The notes under the pieces: model-generated
What the model saw: the letters and a program-made list of their open reading frames with translations, nothing else
What the model was told of the DNA's origin: nothing
Database searches by the model: none
NCBI RefSeq assembly: GCF_006345805.1
Contig: NC_043010.1
Span: forward strand, 56,606,001-56,670,000
Direction of reading: 5' to 3'
DNA: 64,000 bases
Source: Octopus sinensis
Lineage: Eukaryota
Shown here: one piece after another, positions 25,121-38,160 of the stretch
Numbering within the stretch: position 1 is the stretch's first letter
Layout: each line of letters begins with the position of its first letter
Made by a program: the position numbers and the translations under genes

Positions 25121-26639
25121 TTACTTTTAAATTCCTTCGGAGTACGTCATTTCTGCACCTTTAATATATGTGTGTGTGTGTGTGTATGTGTGGTCTAAAA
25201 TTGTACAAAAAGCTAAAGAAAGGAATGAGAAGAGAAAAGAGAAGGAGTTAAAACAACAGAGAGAGAAGAAAGTGTGTCTGGATTAACATGTTTTAGCAGT
25301 AAGAGTATTCGGTTCACAATCGTAAGGTCATGAGTTCAATTCCCGCATGGTGCAAGACACTTTATTTCACATTGCTGCAGGTCACTCAGCTGACAAAAGT
25401 GAGGTGTACCTGTAATTCAACAGGGGGCCCTGCCTTGTCACATTCCGTGTTACACTGAAGCTCGCTGAGAATTACATTAAGGGTACGCCTGTCTGTAGAA
25501 TGCTCAGTCCCTGGCACTTTACTTTCACAAGCAACCTATTCAGATCCACTGGAAGATTTGTTGTTGAAGCTGAGTGCCAAGAAAGGATGAACAAAACATA
25601 TCGTATCACTTTAGAGCATGCAATTTTTAATTCAAACCTAAGTGCAAAGCAGTTAAGGGATTAGGGATTAGGGACCCTTCCAGCTGTTTCTGCAACATCT
25701 ATGCATATGGTGTATAGGTCATTGAGCAAAGATCTCCATGTAAGCCAACTATTCTATCTCCAGAGAGGAAGAATTAAGGAATATCCTTAATAAAGGGTAT
25801 TAGTAGTCACCAGTTCCATTGAAGAATACTGTTCTGAATCCCTCACACACCTTCCACTTATAACCTACCTCACTTTCCTCAAACATGGAACTGGTAATTA
25901 CTAATATCTTTTACTATGGATCTTCCTTAATTCTTCAATAACAGAACTGGTAACCTCTAATTTCCTTCATTATACTTAATATTCATGAGACCAAATTCAG
26001 ATGAAACAATTGTAAATTAATATAAGAAGACTTGCTCACTGTATTCTTGTTTGCAATTGTAAAATTTCTTTAGATATTTGTGGATTTTCAGATATGTGAT
26101 AAAATAATCTCCAGATTACTGTCTTGTCTGATAGACACTACATGCAGATGAGCTTAATAGGCTAAACTCCAGGGTTAATACCCAAATGAAATTATTTTAC
26201 ACACACACAGGCTGTCGAAGCCATTCACCTGATGATGTGGTGGTATACATCTGATGCTCAATCATAATTATTTATATATTTCATGTAAGAGTGTGATATG
26301 GAAATCTCAGCAACTAACAACTCTTACCAACGCACAGAAACAGTTGTTGTGTTGTGATTAAAGCCTGTTCATTCCATCTTCTTGTTTCTGTAATTTCTTT
26401 GTCCACCCTCAAGTGACTCAGAGACCTAAACTCATGTGCATGGTATTTATCAAACATTAAAAAGATATCCACTCTTCTGTTCAGCTCTGTTTCTCCTTTG
26501 TCCTACCATTGCACCGAGTCATTCCACTGCGTGTGTGATAATGAGCAGCTTATTGTAGTCTGCTCAAGAAGCTACTGTGACACAAGCCTAAAGGTTCCTG
26601 ACGAGGCACTTCAGCTCCATACATGTGCTGATAGGAAAA

Positions 26640-26788
26640 TCAGGGCCGTTGATCCACCGTGGCTTGTTGGTTTATGAAAGTGTTTGTTCCCTTCTCATTG
26701 TTCCTCAACTGTGTGTACAGGAGTTCGAATCTTACTGAAGACAGCTGTGTGTTTATGTCTCCCGCTGCAGTGCTCAGTCGCCCTTCAC
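26640..26788 (-). CDS. Possible terminal coding exon of an unidentified gene
   Basis: Long polypyrimidine tract, ctgac branch point and AG at 26789-90. Only the phase-1 frame is open: (x)EGRLSTAAGDINTQLSSVRFELLYTQLRNNEKGTNTFINQQATVDQRP*. No recognised homology and no partner exon found. Confidence 0.25.
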
Positions 26789-28864
26789 CTATTTGTGTCA
26801 GTAGCGAGATAGGAAGAAAGAATGAGGTTGTGACGGACGAATATAGAAGAGGGAGGAGTTGGGAAATAGAGTGGTGGTCGTGGTAGGATTGACGGTCATA
26901 GCAGTAGAAGAATAATAATTATGCGTATTTGGTAGTTGTAATAATGGCGGTGGTCGTAGTAGTGGTGACGTGAAAACTGGAGCTGTGACTATTTGGATAA
27001 AGCGGCACCGCACACACGGACTGATACGTACACATACATCAACACAGACACATCGACACACATACCTGCTCACATTAACATACTTATACACAGCTATATA
27101 GACATACGCTTGCGCGCGCGCACATCCACTACTACGACGACGGCAGCCTACCTCCAGTACATGTGTACCTATTTACCCCCCTCACTACATGTTATCCCTC
27201 CCCCCCACACTATGACCACAGTAGTGAGTCTAAATGACCTAGACGTCCGTGAAACGCGGTCAAAATTCACTCCTCCTCCTACCACTCATCTGTATCCTTC
27301 CTCCTCTCCTTCTTACTCCGTCTCTATTCTATTATCTCTTTTACTCCCTCTCTATCAATCTTATTCTTTCTCGCTTTCTTTTTACTTTCTTCCTATCGCG
27401 CTCTCATTTTCTCTCTCTCTCTCACTACCTCTCCCTGCCTATCCTTACTATTTCCCCCTCACCCTCTCTTACTACTTCTGTTACTCATACATAATCTCTA
27501 CATTGCAGTAGCCATACATTAAACACATGCAATACATTCACAGTCACACATGTAGTCTCACACACACACAAACGCTACTCCCACCCCTCCCACAGACAAT
27601 TACATCAATTCGCACCGCCACCACCCTCTCCTTCACTCGCACTGATCAATGAGAGGAGTAGAGGGAGGAGGCATAATGTTAACTTCCCCCTCCCTCTTTC
27701 TCTCACTGACAGAACGACCTAATCTGACAGATTTAGGGTCGCGGTCAACTCGGTGCTCCACCGACTGCCTTACATACCAGCCCCTCCTTCTCTCTCACTG
27801 CTCCTTATGTATCTGTCTTTCTCTAACACTCCCTCTCTCTCTTTTTTCTTTCAATCGATCCCACCTCTCTTGATCTGCCTGCCTCTCCCTACTGCTCCAT
27901 ATTACATTCACATTCCCCCTCTCCTATCTTTGCTTTATTGTTACCTTCCCTCCCCACCACTTCTCTTCCTTTCTCTCTTTCCTTCTCACTGTCCTCCCTT
28001 TCTGTTTCTGCCGCTCTCAATGTTTCTCTCTCTTCTCTCTTTCTCTCTCACTGTTCCCATGGAAACCGCCTCAGTACATCATCTCCTCCTCCTACTTGCA
28101 CACGTTCTTTTTCCTCTCATTCTTTCACCGACTTTTAATCCCTTCTCTCTCTCATTTTATGTTCTTTCTCTTCCTGCCACTCTCTTTCTCCTCTTCCCTG
28201 GTTCCTCCCTCCACTGTCGTCTGCTTCAATCAAAGTTATCGAAACTTCCCACCAACCTCTCCCCCCTTTGCTGAACAATGGCCGACTCCACCGCCAACAC
28301 CATTCTACAACCACCTACCACTACTACTATTACTAATAGTGTCCTCCGCCCCCCCCCCCATTATAACAGCCATCACATGACCCAGCAATATTTCATTCAA
28401 ATGTCCCCCCCTCCCTTTAACAACCAGCTTCCATCATACACACACATCCACACACACATCCACACACACACACGCACACACACACACGCACACACACACA
28501 CACAACCTATTTCTTTTCCCCCTCTGATGATGGCAATGGCGGTGAAGACGGTGTTTGAGTGGGAGTGAAGGCAAATTGTTTGATGTTTTTTAATGGCTGT
28601 GACTGTGGTGGTGGTCGACGTCGTGATGGCGACAGCGGTGGCGGTGGTCACACCTTTCCTTAACTCACCCCTCCGACCCAACAGCTGCCCTCCACACCTA
28701 CCAACCATTGCTATTGTTATCGCATAAACATGTCCTTCAATATTATCATCTGACACTTTATCACATGACACACAATATTGATATCACTGTAGAGGGAGTG
28801 GGGGGGTATTGGTTGATATTAGTCAGCTGGGATATTGAGATCTGCAGCGAAATAATTGATATTA

Positions 28865-28867
<3 letters not shown>

Positions 28868-28903
<36 letters not shown>

Positions 28904-29587
28904 TGTTATGTCCACTTCGCCTTTTCTACTACAATGACCTCACAGCCACCCTACCCCTCACTCAGCTCTCATCATCCATATTGTAATTTTCACAGCAGGT
29001 CCTTCTTCCACACTTTGCCTTCCCACTGAAATTTCCTCCCCCCTACTTATTCTTCTTGTTCGTTATTAACCGTCCAAGTGCAATGCATCAACGACATTCA
29101 TCTCATCAGCCACTGCACACTGCCCCTTCTCTCAAATTTAATCCACTAAGCTCTTAGGCATTATTGCAGCAAAACACATTTTACCCTGTGACACTTTGTC
29201 AGCTCAGTCTTCAACATAATAATCCTACGGGTATTACTGTGGACAGAAGTGGGGAGTTACTATATAACTACACACACACACACATAGGTGTATGTTGGTG
29301 CAAACAAGGAGAAATGGAACTCAAAATATGAGTTTGGGTATATTTTTACTAATATTCAGCTGAAGCAACAGAGTGACTCAAGAGCTGAGGGGTTTTGTGT
29401 GTTGAGTCCTTACCTTGTTTCCATGTAAACTAATAAATTCCTGAAGTCATCAAACAGGAACAGCACAATTGCTGGATATGATTTCATGGAAGATTGCAAA
29501 TAAATGACATCACTTTATGACGGTGGCGTTCATTTACAACTGCTTCACAATCACAAGACAAGGAAACATGAACGCACACACACACAC

Positions 29588-29679
<92 letters not shown>

Positions 29680-30585
29680 ATCAAAATAAGCAACAAGGAT
29701 ATCCAAGGTAGTGTAGTACAATCGTTTCATGCTACGCTTATTTTGATTATAATCACCCCATTTGATTTATATGGATAAGACCATACCAAATTCTGGTGCC
29801 TTTAACTTAAGTACCATATTCATCTGAATCTAAATTTTGCTAAACTTGTATGTATATATATACACACACACACACACACCACACACACACACACACATGT
29901 ATGTTATGTCCACTTCGCCTTTTCTACTACAATGACCTCACAGCCACCCTACCCCTCACTCAGCTCTCATCATCCATATTGTAATTTTCACAGCAGGTCC
30001 TTCTTCCACACTTTGCCTTCCCACTGAAATTTCCTCCCCCCTACTTATTCTTCTTGTTCGTTATTAACCGTCCAAGTGCAATGCATCAACGACATTCATC
30101 TCATCAGCCACTGCACACTGCCCCTTCTCTCAAATTTAATCCACTAAGCTCTTAGGCATTATTGCAGCAAAACACATTTTACCCTGTGACACTTTGTCAG
30201 CTCAGTCTTCAACATAATAATCCTACGGGTATTACTGTGGACAGAAGTGGGGAGTTACTATATAACTACACACACACACACATAGGTGTATGTTGGTGCA
30301 AACAAGGAGAAATGGAACTCAAAATATGAGTTTGGGTATATTTTTACTAATATTCAGCTGAAGCAACAGAGTGACTCAAGAGCTGAGGGGTTTTGTGTGT
30401 TGAGTCCTTACCTTGTTTCCATGTAAACTAATAAATTCCTGAAGTCATCAAACAGGAACAGCACAATTGCTGGATATGATTTCATGGAAGATTGCAAATA
30501 AATGACATCACTTTATGACGGTGGCGTTCATTTACAACTGCTTCACAATCACAAGACAAGGAAACATGAACGCACACACACACAC

Positions 30586-30671
<86 letters not shown>

Positions 30672-30844
30672 ATCAAAATAAGCAACAAGGATATCCAAGG
30701 TAGTGTAGTACAATCGTTTCATGCTACGCTTATTTTGATTATAATCACCCCATTTGATTTATATGGATAAGACCATACCAAATTCTGGTGCCTTTAACTT
30801 AAGTACCATATTCATCTGAATCTAAATTTTGCTAAACTTGTATG

Positions 30845-30877
<33 letters not shown>
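28868..30877. repeat. ~1-kb direct tandem duplication bounded by (CA)n tracts
   Basis: The marker gtatgttatgtccac occurs at 28901 and 29899 (offset 998). By eye the copies are identical apart from microsatellite lengths. Confidence 0.95.
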
Positions 30878-30886
<9 letters not shown>

Positions 30887-31083
30887 TGATGAAAGGATCC
30901 TCACTTTAAGGCTACTGTGAAAGGCCTTGTTGGAGATCCAACCCCCTGAGTTCTTTTACAGACCTTAGAAGAACTGAAGGACTGTTGCCATGTGTGTGAA
31001 TTCAAAAAGGGAATATGTTGAATTAACTGAACCATCTTTATTTTCTTTTACTCAACGCCAGGAACTTTCCAGCACCCCTTTGT
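30878..31083. mobile_element. Mariner-derived MITE
   Basis: Imperfect TIRs acgagggggtgatgaaaggatcc and gccaggaactttccagcacccctttgt. Confidence 0.6.
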
Positions 31084-32129
31084 GTGTGTGTGTGTGTGTG
31101 TGATCATCATCATCATTTCATATCCATTTCTCATGCTCAGATGGTTTCTATGGCTGGATGATCTTCCTAAGGCCAACCACTTTACATGTGGGCTGGGTGC
31201 TTTATATGTACTGCCGGCACTAGTGGGGTTGCCATGTAGCTTGCAAGACAGAAAAAGAGAACAGGGGGGAGGGAGAAGAAGAAAAAAAGCTCACACTACT
31301 GAGTGGAAGGGGGTAGTATTTGAGAGAGGAAGCTGTTTTTGTGCTGGGAGTGGTAAGGTTAAAGAATAACAAAGGAGCAAAGAAGATATACATGGCTACC
31401 CCACATTATATAAGGGTGGGTGGGAGTAATGGGGAAGGAGATAAAGATGGTAGAGTTAGGGTGCCAGATCAAATGGTCAACATACAAGAAGGTGTGCATA
31501 AGCAAGGCTATGGACAGTGGATTGGATGGGAGTAGAGGGGGTGGTTTTAGGGAGAGATAAGAGTAGAGGTGAAGGGTGGAGGTGTGGTTGATGCGGGGGG
31601 GGGAGATCATGATGGAAAGAAGGTGAGAGAGAGAGAGAGAGAAGTGGCTGAAGAAGAAAAATAAACTGAAAAACAGAGTGGTGGGGAGGGAAAAGAGAGG
31701 TACATAAGGGTGGCTAAACTGTAGGATTTGATGAGGGGTATTGATGAGGGGTATTGAGCTGAGGTATGGCAGAGGAGATGTAACTGAAGGCATAGAAAGA
31801 TAATAAGAATGAGGGATGGAAGTGGTTCCATGAGTCTGGGTAACTTGTAGCACAAAGAAAAGATGGTGGGGGAGATATATACTTGCTCTGAAGAAGTTAC
31901 AGTCGTTAAGAAGTGCCATAGATAAAGGAGTGATGGAGGAATGCATATTAGGGGAATGAGCTGTGGAGAAGGCTTGATGGGGTGAGTTGAGTGTGAAGGA
32001 ATGAGTGTGATCTTGGTGAATTTTTATTTTACAACATTTAATTTTGACCCCCAAATACAGTTGAATTGAATTAAACATTGAAGAGGATCTGTGTGGTGTG
32101 AAGGGGGTAGAACAGCTATTGCTAAAAAG

Positions 32130-33240
32130 ACTTAGCAGTCTGCCTCATGGACCCAGTAGACAAAATGGAAAAGTTATTGCCCCAGAGGATGGCAAGGGAG
32201 ACACGCTAGAACAACCACTCCAACTCATGGGGCTTGCATTTGCAGATAACCATCTCTGCCCTGAAAGCAGTGAGTAGTAATGTAGTCTGGGGCCAGAAAC
32301 ATTGGAAGTCTCCATAGCCCCGGGCTTGACAACAAATCTGTCTGAGAATGGCCAATACTTTGACAGCTTGTGGCATCTAGACCATTCTTTATGGTCTCAC
32401 TGAGAGCAGCATGGCATGGAAGGCAGCCAGCACCATAATGGTATGACAATGGATGGATGCCAAAAGAATCCACAACAATATTTGTGAGGTTTATAGATGC
32501 AGAGGCCAAGCGTCAGGGAAACACCGATGTGCAAACCATTGGTGTCCAGCTGAGTGTCAACAGTGATGGCATTGAACGAGGCATTGGTGTGCAGCTGAGC
32601 GGAAACATGCCAGACGGTGCTGGTCATGATGGTGGACCAACCTGTCTGAGATCATGCTACACTAGATGGTGTCCTGTTTGTTTTGGTGGAGACTGGACAT
32701 CCATAAAGGGGAGAGAAGGGCCAAGGCCAAATGGACTCCATGTCGTGTAGGTTCAGTTGTGTTGTGGAGAACTCTGTTGAAGAGGACAAGCAAGTGGTCA
32801 TCAACAAGAGAAATCCCAGCAGGGCCAGCGAGACTAGAGGCCAAGGCCACCATAGCTGATGGATAAAGTTGCTTGTTGCCATCCAGTGTCGCTAAACTGG
32901 ATGTTGCATAACTCCTCAGCAGCCTGTTGGGTACAGGCATCAAGATCTATGAGGAGAGATGTGTAACTGTAACAAAGGGGTACAGAAGCTGCAGCATGGT
33001 GAAGCAGTTGCTTAAGGAGAAGAATGGCAGACGGGTGTTTATGAGGGTCAGTCTGCTTGCCAGGATTTTGAGCTGGTAAAGCTGAGGGGGGAGTCAATGG
33101 CCGGGAGGAGGAGGAGGATCAGCCAACCAAGAATAAAGACATCCCCTTTCAGAGTCATCTGTACGTGATGGAGTGATGAGCACCATCCTCTGGCCTTTTC
33201 TATTTTGTCCACTAAGACCATGGGGCAGACTGACAAGTCT
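32130..33240 (-). mobile_element. Degraded CRE-clade-like (RLE) non-LTR retrotransposon
   Basis: Minus frames give DACTQQAAEELCNIQFSDTGWQQATLSISYGGLGL, KPHKYCCG / VVDSFGIHPLS...HAALSETIKNGLDA and PDYIT..FQGR. These resemble the QAxLPxxxGGLG, CxCG..D..G.H..SC and RPDGIT motifs of CRE-type elements. Confidence 0.65.
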
Positions 33241-33329
33241 TTATAGGGAAGAATGGCTAACGATCATAAGCGATATGCTTTTAGAGATCTGTGGGTTTTT
33301 ATGGGGGCAGGGTTACTGTTATGGATAGG

Positions 33330-33510
33330 TTTTCTTGAACACAGTGAATTGCCAATTGACTTGGTCCTTTGTCCTCTCCATAAAGCTAAGCATCTTCAGA
33401 TCACCCTTCACTACTTTGTCCCATATCAGGAATATGCGAGATAAACTCTTCCACAAGTCTCATCCACTTGAAGTGACCATCACTTCCTTCTACAGCTGTC
33501 CTCATCCATA
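33330..33510 (-). mobile_element. RTE LINE C-terminal remnant
   Basis: Homologous to the end-of-ORF segments at 19600-19900 and 42930-43190. Confidence 0.55.
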
Positions 33511-33537
33511 CACGCACACACACACACACACACACAC

Positions 33538-34108
33538 ACGAGGGTGAGTGAAAAAGTAATGCCATTTTGTTTAGCACAGATATAATTACCAACACAGGAA
33601 CATGTATCATACATCAAAATGAAGCTGGTCCTCTGTGGATCACATCCCTACTTCTCAACATAGTCACCATTTCTCTCAATAGCAATGTTCCACCTTCGAA
33701 TGAGAGCATGTATCCCTGCCCCATAAAATTCTGTTGTCTGTTCTTTGAGCCACTTCTTCACTACAGTTTTCACTTCCTCGTCACTGGAATAATTTAGCAC
33801 CTTCAGACCATCATCTCTTTGGCCCCATGAAAGAGGGTTTGAAAGGCAAAACATTATTCCAGTGATGAGGAAGGGAAAACTGTAGTGAAGAAGTGGCTCA
33901 AAGAACAGTCAACAGAATTTTATGGGGCAGGGATACATGCTCTCATTTGAAGGTGGAATGTTGCTATTGAGAGAAATGGTGACTATGTTGAGAAGTAGGG
34001 ATGTGATCCAGAGAGGACCAGCTTCATTTTGATGTATGATACATGTTCCTGTGTTGGTAATTATACCTGTCCTAACCAAAATGGCATTACTTTTTCACTC
34101 ACCTTCGT
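33538..34108. mobile_element. Palindromic non-autonomous mariner made of two inverted 3' ends
   Basis: Arms 33538-33793 and 33853-34108 (256 bp, no indels, about 11 mismatches by hand count) with a 59-nt spacer. Encodes LAPSDHHLFGPMKEGLKG...EFYGAGIHALI.RWNVAIERNGDYVEK*. Confidence 0.93.
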
Positions 34109-34234
34109 GTATATATATATATATATATATATATAGTTAATCCAAACATAAAAACACAAAGAGAAAACACAACACGAGGACGTGGAACAAGTATAGAGTT
34201 ATTGGACGCTCAGGAAAGGAAAGAAAGAAGGAGG

Positions 34235-34269
34235 ATTTAATGTTTCAAGCGGAGCTCTTCGTCAGAAAC
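34235..34269 (-). ncRNA. Minimal type I hammerhead motif, family B
   Basis: GUUU-CUGACGA-A-GAGC-ucc-GCUU-GAA-AC-AU-U-AAAU. Core intact; stems short. Confidence 0.55.
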
Positions 34270-34401
34270 ATAGGAAAAGGAAAGATCCAAGGAAGAGAAG
34301 ACGGAGGGAAAAAAATCGCCAACGATACACACGTGGTCAAAGACAGGTGAGAGAACAATAAGCAGGTGTATCAGTTTGATGCGCAGGAAGAATGAAAAAG
34401 T

Positions 34402-34437
34402 CTTTGATGTTTGAAGCCTGTGCTCTTCAGCAGAAAG
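34402..34437 (-). ncRNA. Degenerate hammerhead motif, family B
   Basis: CUUU-CUGCUGA-A-GAGC-acag-GCUU-CAA-AC-AU-C-AAAG. A6 and G12 are mutated, so it is likely inactive. Confidence 0.4.
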
Positions 34438-35208
34438 GGTTGAGAGGAGAGAAAAAAATGGAGAGAGATTAATGGTTGAACATGATGAAATGACTGGAAG
34501 AAAGGCTGAGTGGAAGGGAGATAATAATGGTGACCCACCCGAACTTGGGTGCTCAAGCACGTGTGTGTATGTGAGAATGGTGTGGGTGGGTGAGATTACA
34601 CACTCGCACACATACTGGTGTATGTGTGTTATATACGTTACTGAATGTAGACATTGGTTCAGTCAAGTCACTGAGTATATACACTGGCCTATATATCTCA
34701 TATGTATATACAACAGATTATTCAAGTGGTGTTTACACTTCTTAGTTCATTTTAGGTATCTCAGCTTACAGTTCAAAGATAAATTGGTATTTGTGTGTGT
34801 GTGTGTGTGCATATGAGTTGATGTTTGTATAGAATTGAATTTGTTCATGATAATCTTTCTCTAGACTGACACATGAAGGGAGAGAGGAGGAGGAGGAGGA
34901 AGCAGTGAGGTGGGGGGGAGCTGTAGCCTAAGTGGCTGGAAATACTGGTGAGATTAGCTAAACCTCAAATGGAAGTAGGTCAGGAGGTGTGTCATGGTGG
35001 GCAAGTAATCCAGATTCAGACACAGATAACACAATATTCCTTCTGTTGGATATTAAAGTATTGCTTAATCACTGAAATAAGAATAGAATTAGGACATAGC
35101 CTTGTCTCTCTCCTCAGAATGACTGACTGCTCACAGATGTCACAAAGGGAGAGAAACAATGTCACATATTCAGTAACTATTTTAAATCATGGATAAAATA
35201 ATTATTAA

Positions 35209-35414
35209 CCCTTTTGATACCAACCCGGCTGAAACCGGCCCTGGGTCTTGTTTTCATAAATTTTGAATTAAAATCTTGCACCAAACCTTAGTCACAATTT
35301 ATGTTCCTAACATTAGCTTAATGATAACTAAGTTATTTTACTAAATTCTTTGTTATATTTAAAATAATTGAAAGAAACATAGAGCATCTCAAAATAAATA
35401 CAGTAACGAAAGGG
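35209..35414. mobile_element. piggyBac-type MITE, copy 2 (opposite orientation)
   Basis: TTAA|CCCTTTTGATAC...GTAACGAAAGGG|TTTC; reverse complement of the 10623 copy. Confidence 0.8.
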
Positions 35415-36029
35415 TTTCAATTGACAATTTAAGCCAAGCAGAAAGACAATCTGGCCATGACCACACTGTCATTCAAAGTATCCTGCTATTTTTTAAAAGG
35501 TAAAGTGTAATTGAAGAACCATTTGGTTGCTATTTTTAACATGTCAAGAGACCATGTAGAGGCTCTCTTGTTTCCTTGTGACATAGTAATGCTATAGTCA
35601 CAAAGTCTCAGGCATTCCAACTATGACCATCCTGTCTTAAAATGATTCTATAGGACTACAGAAGACAATAGAAGCATGCCAACACAGAAGAAGTATGTTA
35701 AATGATAATGATCACGGTGGTAGCATTGTGGCTGCACACACACACCACACACACACACACAGAGTCTCTGTTACTGCAGAAAACCACACAAGAAATACCA
35801 ACCAAATATTCCTCAAATATTTCCCAATCGTCTAAGAAAGCACAGTATTATTTAGTGGTGGGGATATTTAGGGCAGCAGTGTAGTTGGAGGTTAACATCT
35901 CTGCATAGAGGTTAAGGCTGTCATCCTAAACACATCACCCCGCTCCTTACCAACAGTGGTTGCCACTATTCACTGGTTATATCTATTAAAAATATTATTT
36001 TAAGAATGGAACACTGATATTATGATGAT

Positions 36030-36410
36030 GATGGTGATGATTATCATCATCATTTAACATCCGCTTTCCATGTTGGCATGGGTCGAGCAGTTTGACTGAG
36101 AACTGGCAAGTCGGGAGGCTGCACCAGGCTCCAATCTGATTTGGCAAGGTTTCTACAGCTGGATGCCCCTCCTAACGCCAACAACTCCAAGAGTGTAGGT
36201 GCTTTTACGTGCCACTGGCATGGGAGCCAGTCAGGCAGCACTGGCATCAGTCATGCATGAATGGTGCTTTTAACATGCCACCAGCATGGGTACCAGTCAT
36301 GCGACACTGGCATTGGCCTCACTCAAATGGTGTTTTTTACATGCCACCAGCAGAACTGCCAGTCAGGGGGCACTGGCATTGGCCACAACTACAATTTCAA
36401 CAGGTCTTCA
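36030..36410 (-). mobile_element. RTE LINE 3' end
   Basis: (ATC)n tail then tttaacatccgctttccatgttggcatggg..., with ~50-bp subrepeats. Similar 3' ends lie at about 1480, 2780, 17890, 21090, 31110, 52400 and 54250. Confidence 0.8.
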
Positions 36411-37327
36411 CAATGATATGAACAGGATATCACCGACACATTACAAGACGAGATCAACACAATTCCTTCCTTCCTTCCTTCCTTTCTATCCCTAGAATTG
36501 TGTGGTCTTTGGGGTGTTCATTGATGATGTCTCAGTCTTCCACTGCCCTATGTTGATATCATCCATACAATACCAGTTGATATTACTCACTCAACATCAG
36601 ATGATATCTTGTCACTACCAGACAATGCGATGCTATCAGATGATTATATATGTCCCTTTTAAACATAGTTTATAGATGAGAGATATTGAAGGATTTGGAT
36701 AATCCAGTTTATTTTAAATCTTCTTTGTCCATACTGGCCTGTGTTAGTTTAGTTATCATAGTCCAAGTCAGATCTTATTCAGAGTTCCTGCCCTCTCAGA
36801 GGGGTCACAGGCCATGGCTTGCTAATACCTTCCATTTTTTTGGCATGGTGTCTATAGCTGGCTGCCCTTCCTAACACCAACCCTTTACAGAGTAGGAGTT
36901 GCATATAATTTATTGTGGTACCAACACAAATAGGATTGTGTTGATCCTTACAAGCCTAAACAGTCCTTCTGTCCATTGTCTTTGGTCACCAGCATCAGGG
37001 ATGTTATCTTGTACCCAACAAAACTAAAGAGACTCCGTTTTCCTGTGTTGTCTTGATGGATTTGTTCCTTTCTACATTACTGGATGAGGGGTGAGGGGCT
37101 GATTGAAGGATGCCATGTTGGTATGGTTAGGAAGTGACAAAAGAAAGACGGAAGGAGGGAGAGAGTGGTAAACAGCTACATGATGGTTGTTGGTGAGGTT
37201 ATTGAATAGTGACAACCTAAGGGAGAGGGAGCAATGTCTTTACACAGGTGATGTGTTAGGAGAGATAGCTAGAGTATCAGGAATAAACAGAAAAAGAGAG
37301 TCAAATGTAGACATTAAAATTCTCATT

Positions 37328-37358
<31 letters not shown>

Positions 37359-37359
37359 G

Positions 37360-38160
37360 TTTTACAACCATTTCACTCCTGCTTACTTGAGTTACACTAG
37401 TCTTCTCCAGTGCCCGGTTTTGCCATTTGTGATCCTTTACTTTATAAGGTTTAGCATTTTGAGATCAGCTTCCACCTCCATCTTCCCGTCTCCTTCTTAC
37501 ACATGTTCCATCCACTTACAATGACATTTCTTTATGTCACTGATGTCCACCACACTCATCTCATGCTCTTTCCATCACTTTAGCACACTGCATCTCACTC
37601 TTCACATATCCACTTTTCCTCATATCAGCCTCATATCAGCTAACATCATACACCGATTGCAGCAGGCTCACCTCATTTCTTTCCCACCCTCTACCCATCA
37701 CTCCCATTTAATACTCACATCCCATTACCATGCAACATTGCACTTTCTACATAAACATCGTACAATCTACCTTTTTTTCTGAAGAGAAATCCTTTGTTAT
37801 CAATGGACGTAATAACTGTCTCAGTATTTCATCATCTTTTCTTACTCTGGTGACCATCCTTTCAGAACAACCTCCTCTGCTGTTAATTTGCTAATCAATG
37901 TTATCATCTTCTTCTGCAGAACTTTTGGAGTTTTTGAAGCATTCTATTTTAATGCTTATTTCTTCTGCTGCTAATTATTCCTCGACATATTCCACATGTG
38001 TGTCTGTGTCTGGCAATGTATATCAACAGAAGACTTACATTAAGGAGTGAGGTCTGTTCAATGTAAAACAGTGATGTAGCATGGGTCTTGGGTGCCCTGT
38101 GTAGTTCTTAAAATTACTGCCCTCTTCCTTAAACATACCTTTCACTACAACAGACATGTT
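37360..38160 (-). mobile_element. Degraded RTE LINE C-terminal region
   Basis: Minus KGRLYDVYVESAMLHGNG resembles RTE KGRLYDACVRTAMLHGSETW. Confidence 0.65.

Larger units (their letters stand above)
34134..34460 (-). mobile_element. Short element carrying two tandem HHR-like motifs, family B
   Basis: HHR motifs at 34402-34437 and 34235-34269 on the minus strand; their downstream flanks are homologous to each other. Confidence 0.6.
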
